Assembly: GCA_046329805.1 (NCBI GenBank)
Contig: JAXLUA010000003.1
Span: 134,327-198,326, forward strand
Direction: 5' to 3'
DNA length: 64,000 nt
From: Chitinophagales bacterium
GTDB taxonomy: Bacteria; Bacteroidota; Bacteroidia; Chitinophagales; JADIYW01
In this document: positions 62,446 through 64,000 of the stretch, in pieces
Layout: each line of letters starts with the position of its first letter
Position numbering within the stretch: the stretch's first letter is position 1
Translations under genes and position numbers: made by a program
The notes under the pieces: generated by a model
Databases searched by the model: none
Told to the model about the DNA's origin: nothing
What the model saw: the letters and a program-made list of their open reading frames with translations, nothing else

Positions 62446-63375
62446 TTATTGCTTCATCCATTGCTCCATATCTTCTTGGCTGATTTCTGCGCCGTCGCAT
62501 TTCTTTTTGACTATAGAATTATCAACATATAAAATATTAGGCAGTGCAAATCCTGCGACTTGCACCCATTTTTCGGGCCCTAAAAATAGATTATGCGGAA
62601 TAGATTTTGTATTTGTATCGTCAAAAAAATCAGTCAGCAATTCTTTATCCCCATTTAAAGCCATATAAATGGGTAGCGTCGGATTTTTTTTATGGATAAT
62701 GTACAACTTTTTTGCAGCCACACGACAATGCGAACAAGTAAGGCTAAGGAATGCTATGATATGCTTTCCTCTCCTCAAATCTATTGCCGGTATTTCGGTT
62801 TGAGTGCTATCATACATTAGCTCTAACGGCACACGATAATTAAGTGTTGCTTTATCGATACTCGAAGATTTGACAGCATCTATCGGATAAATAAAAAATC
62901 CCAAACAGAAAGCAACAATTGCCAAAACCGGAATAATTCTCTTTTTCCATTTCTTTGTCCATAATTCATTTCCTACAGAAAAATAGGCGATGCAACAAGT
63001 AAAAATAAGCACTATATTTTTTATAATTCCTTCCAACGGCGACATCCTTACCAGTTCGCCGAAGCAGCCGCAATTTCCGGTATTTCCTTCTGCAATAATT
63101 CTAAATCCCAGATAAATACAGAAAAAAAACAAGAGCGCAATTGCCAATTTCAGGGTTATTTTTTTCAGCGAAATGTTCAATAGCAATAACATTCCTAAGA
63201 AAAACTCCAATGCAATAAAGAGACGTGCGATGTAGGGAGCCGTTTTCCAAGTGGCAATGCCTAAATCAACAAATTGAAATTCAAAAGGCTCCATCGGGTA
63301 AATTTTGGCAGCCGCAGAAAAAATAAAAATTCCCCCGAGGGAGGCCGTCAACAGTATAGCGATTCTATTTTTCAT
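62446..63375 (-). CDS. Fusion of a MauE/DoxX-like membrane domain (CGCFG motif) with a periplasmic thioredoxin-fold domain (CSHC)
   Basis: The N-terminal half has 4-5 TM helices with ..GNCGCFGE... The C-terminal half has ..IIAFLSLTCSHCRVAAKKL.. (a TlpA/ResA-like CxxC). Confidence 0.75.
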   Translation of the reverse strand: MKNRIAILLTASLGGIFIFSAAAKIYPMEPFEFQFVDLGIATWKTAPYIARLFIALEFFLGMLLLLNISLKKITLKLAIALLFFFCIYLGFRIIAEGNTGNCGCFGELVRMSPLEGIIKNIVLIFTCCIAYFSVGNELWTKKWKKRIIPVLAIVAFCLGFFIYPIDAVKSSSIDKATLNYRVPLELMYDSTQTEIPAIDLRRGKHIIAFLSLTCSHCRVAAKKLYIIHKKNPTLPIYMALNGDKELLTDFFDDTNTKSIPHNLFLGPEKWVQVAGFALPNILYVDNSIVKKKCDGAEISQEDMEQWMKQ

Positions 63376-63376
63376 G

Positions 63377-63463
63377 TGTTTAAATTTATTGTTTTTAGTT
63401 GTTCGGAAGGAATTCGCATCTTAAATATTTCGTTTGGTGTACAAATTTGTTCATGCTCATTTC
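63377..63463 (-). repeat. Leader element copy B, abutting the start codon of the 62446..63375 gene; homologous to 3400..3524
   Basis: See 3400..3524. Confidence 0.8.
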
Positions 63464-63708
63464 ATACATAAATTATCAAGTGCTAAAATACTCAATCGCT
63501 GTATGAATTGAATGATATTTGTACAAAGATTTACGAAACAACGTTATCCTCTAACAATACTATAGCTAAAATTATTTTTTTATCCTAAATCAAATTCAAC
63601 AGGCCGTTATAAGTTTTCCAAAATAATAGCCGGCAAAACTGTTCCTTTTTCAGTAATAATGCTTATTTTTGACCAATATTGAAGTAACATTTTTACAAAA
63701 TTGGAGAT

Positions 63709-64000
63709 ATGAAATTTAGTGTTGACAAACAAGATGGGGTAGTAATATATGAGTTAATGGAAGAAAAATTAACTTCCTTAAATGCTCCCGTTTTAAAATC
63801 GGAATTGGTTGTTGCCAATGCGGAAGGTTTTAAAAATATGGTAGTAAATTTAGATAAAGTGAAATTCGTGGATTCTTCCGGCTTGAGTGCGTTACTGACC
63901 GGTCATCGCTTATGCAAAGAAGAAAAAGGGATTTTTGCATTATGCGGGCTAAATGACACCGTAAAAAACCTGATAAAAATTTCTCAATTAGAAGATGTTT
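63709..64000 (+). CDS. STAS-domain anti-sigma-factor antagonist (partial, runs off window end)
   Basis: Hand translation gives MKFSVDKQDGVVIYELMEEKLTSLNAPVLKSELVVANAEGFKNMVVNLDKVKFVDSSGLSALLTGHRLC.., with the phosphorylatable-Ser context DSSGL. Confidence 0.8.
   Translation, partial: MKFSVDKQDGVVIYELMEEKLTSLNAPVLKSELVVANAEGFKNMVVNLDKVKFVDSSGLSALLTGHRLCKEEKGIFALCGLNDTVKNLIKISQLEDV

Overview
This is a 64-kb chromosomal window from an AT-rich member of the Bacteroidota. That placement rests on gldH, a PorU/PorV-like gene pair, several proteins ending in T9SS C-terminal sorting domains, the glgA-like/lipoprotein/glmS and panC-panD neighbourhoods, and TAnnTTTG-type -7 boxes. About 60 densely packed protein-coding genes are present, mostly housekeeping: thiS/thiC behind a TPP riboswitch, glmS, panC, panD, atpD-atpC, smpB, tyrS, proS, ligA, a clpC-like gene, exbB-exbD, methylmalonyl-CoA mutase and an acyl-CoA dehydrogenase. 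There are also several secreted hydrolases (S8 protease, GH5, two metallophosphoesterases, penicillin-acylase family, M42 peptidase). I found no rRNA, tRNA, CRISPR array, transposase, integrase or phage genes. The non-core content is a set of small, very AT-rich insertions and local duplications. (i) A secreted-protein gene is wedged between thiS and thiC. (ii) An S8-protease islet carries tandemly duplicated small lipoprotein genes and a relic of a second protease copy. (iii) A five-gene, all-membrane operon follows smpB; two of its products share an N-terminal motif and a motif-TM-basic-tail C-terminus. (iv) An extremely N/Y/W/S-rich secreted protein is followed by an outer-membrane barrel and a methyltransferase. 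(v) A single orphan gene is bracketed by 79-bp direct repeats. (vi) A ~90-125-nt leader is shared by two unrelated genes 60 kb apart. (vii) A 20-nt motif brackets a GH5 endoglycoceramidase-like gene that sits next to a sphingomyelin-synthase-like membrane enzyme. None of these matches a known defence or mobile system. The best candidates for something undescribed are (iii), (iv) and (v). All functional calls come from motif recognition by eye on the supplied translations or my own hand translations; no database search was run.
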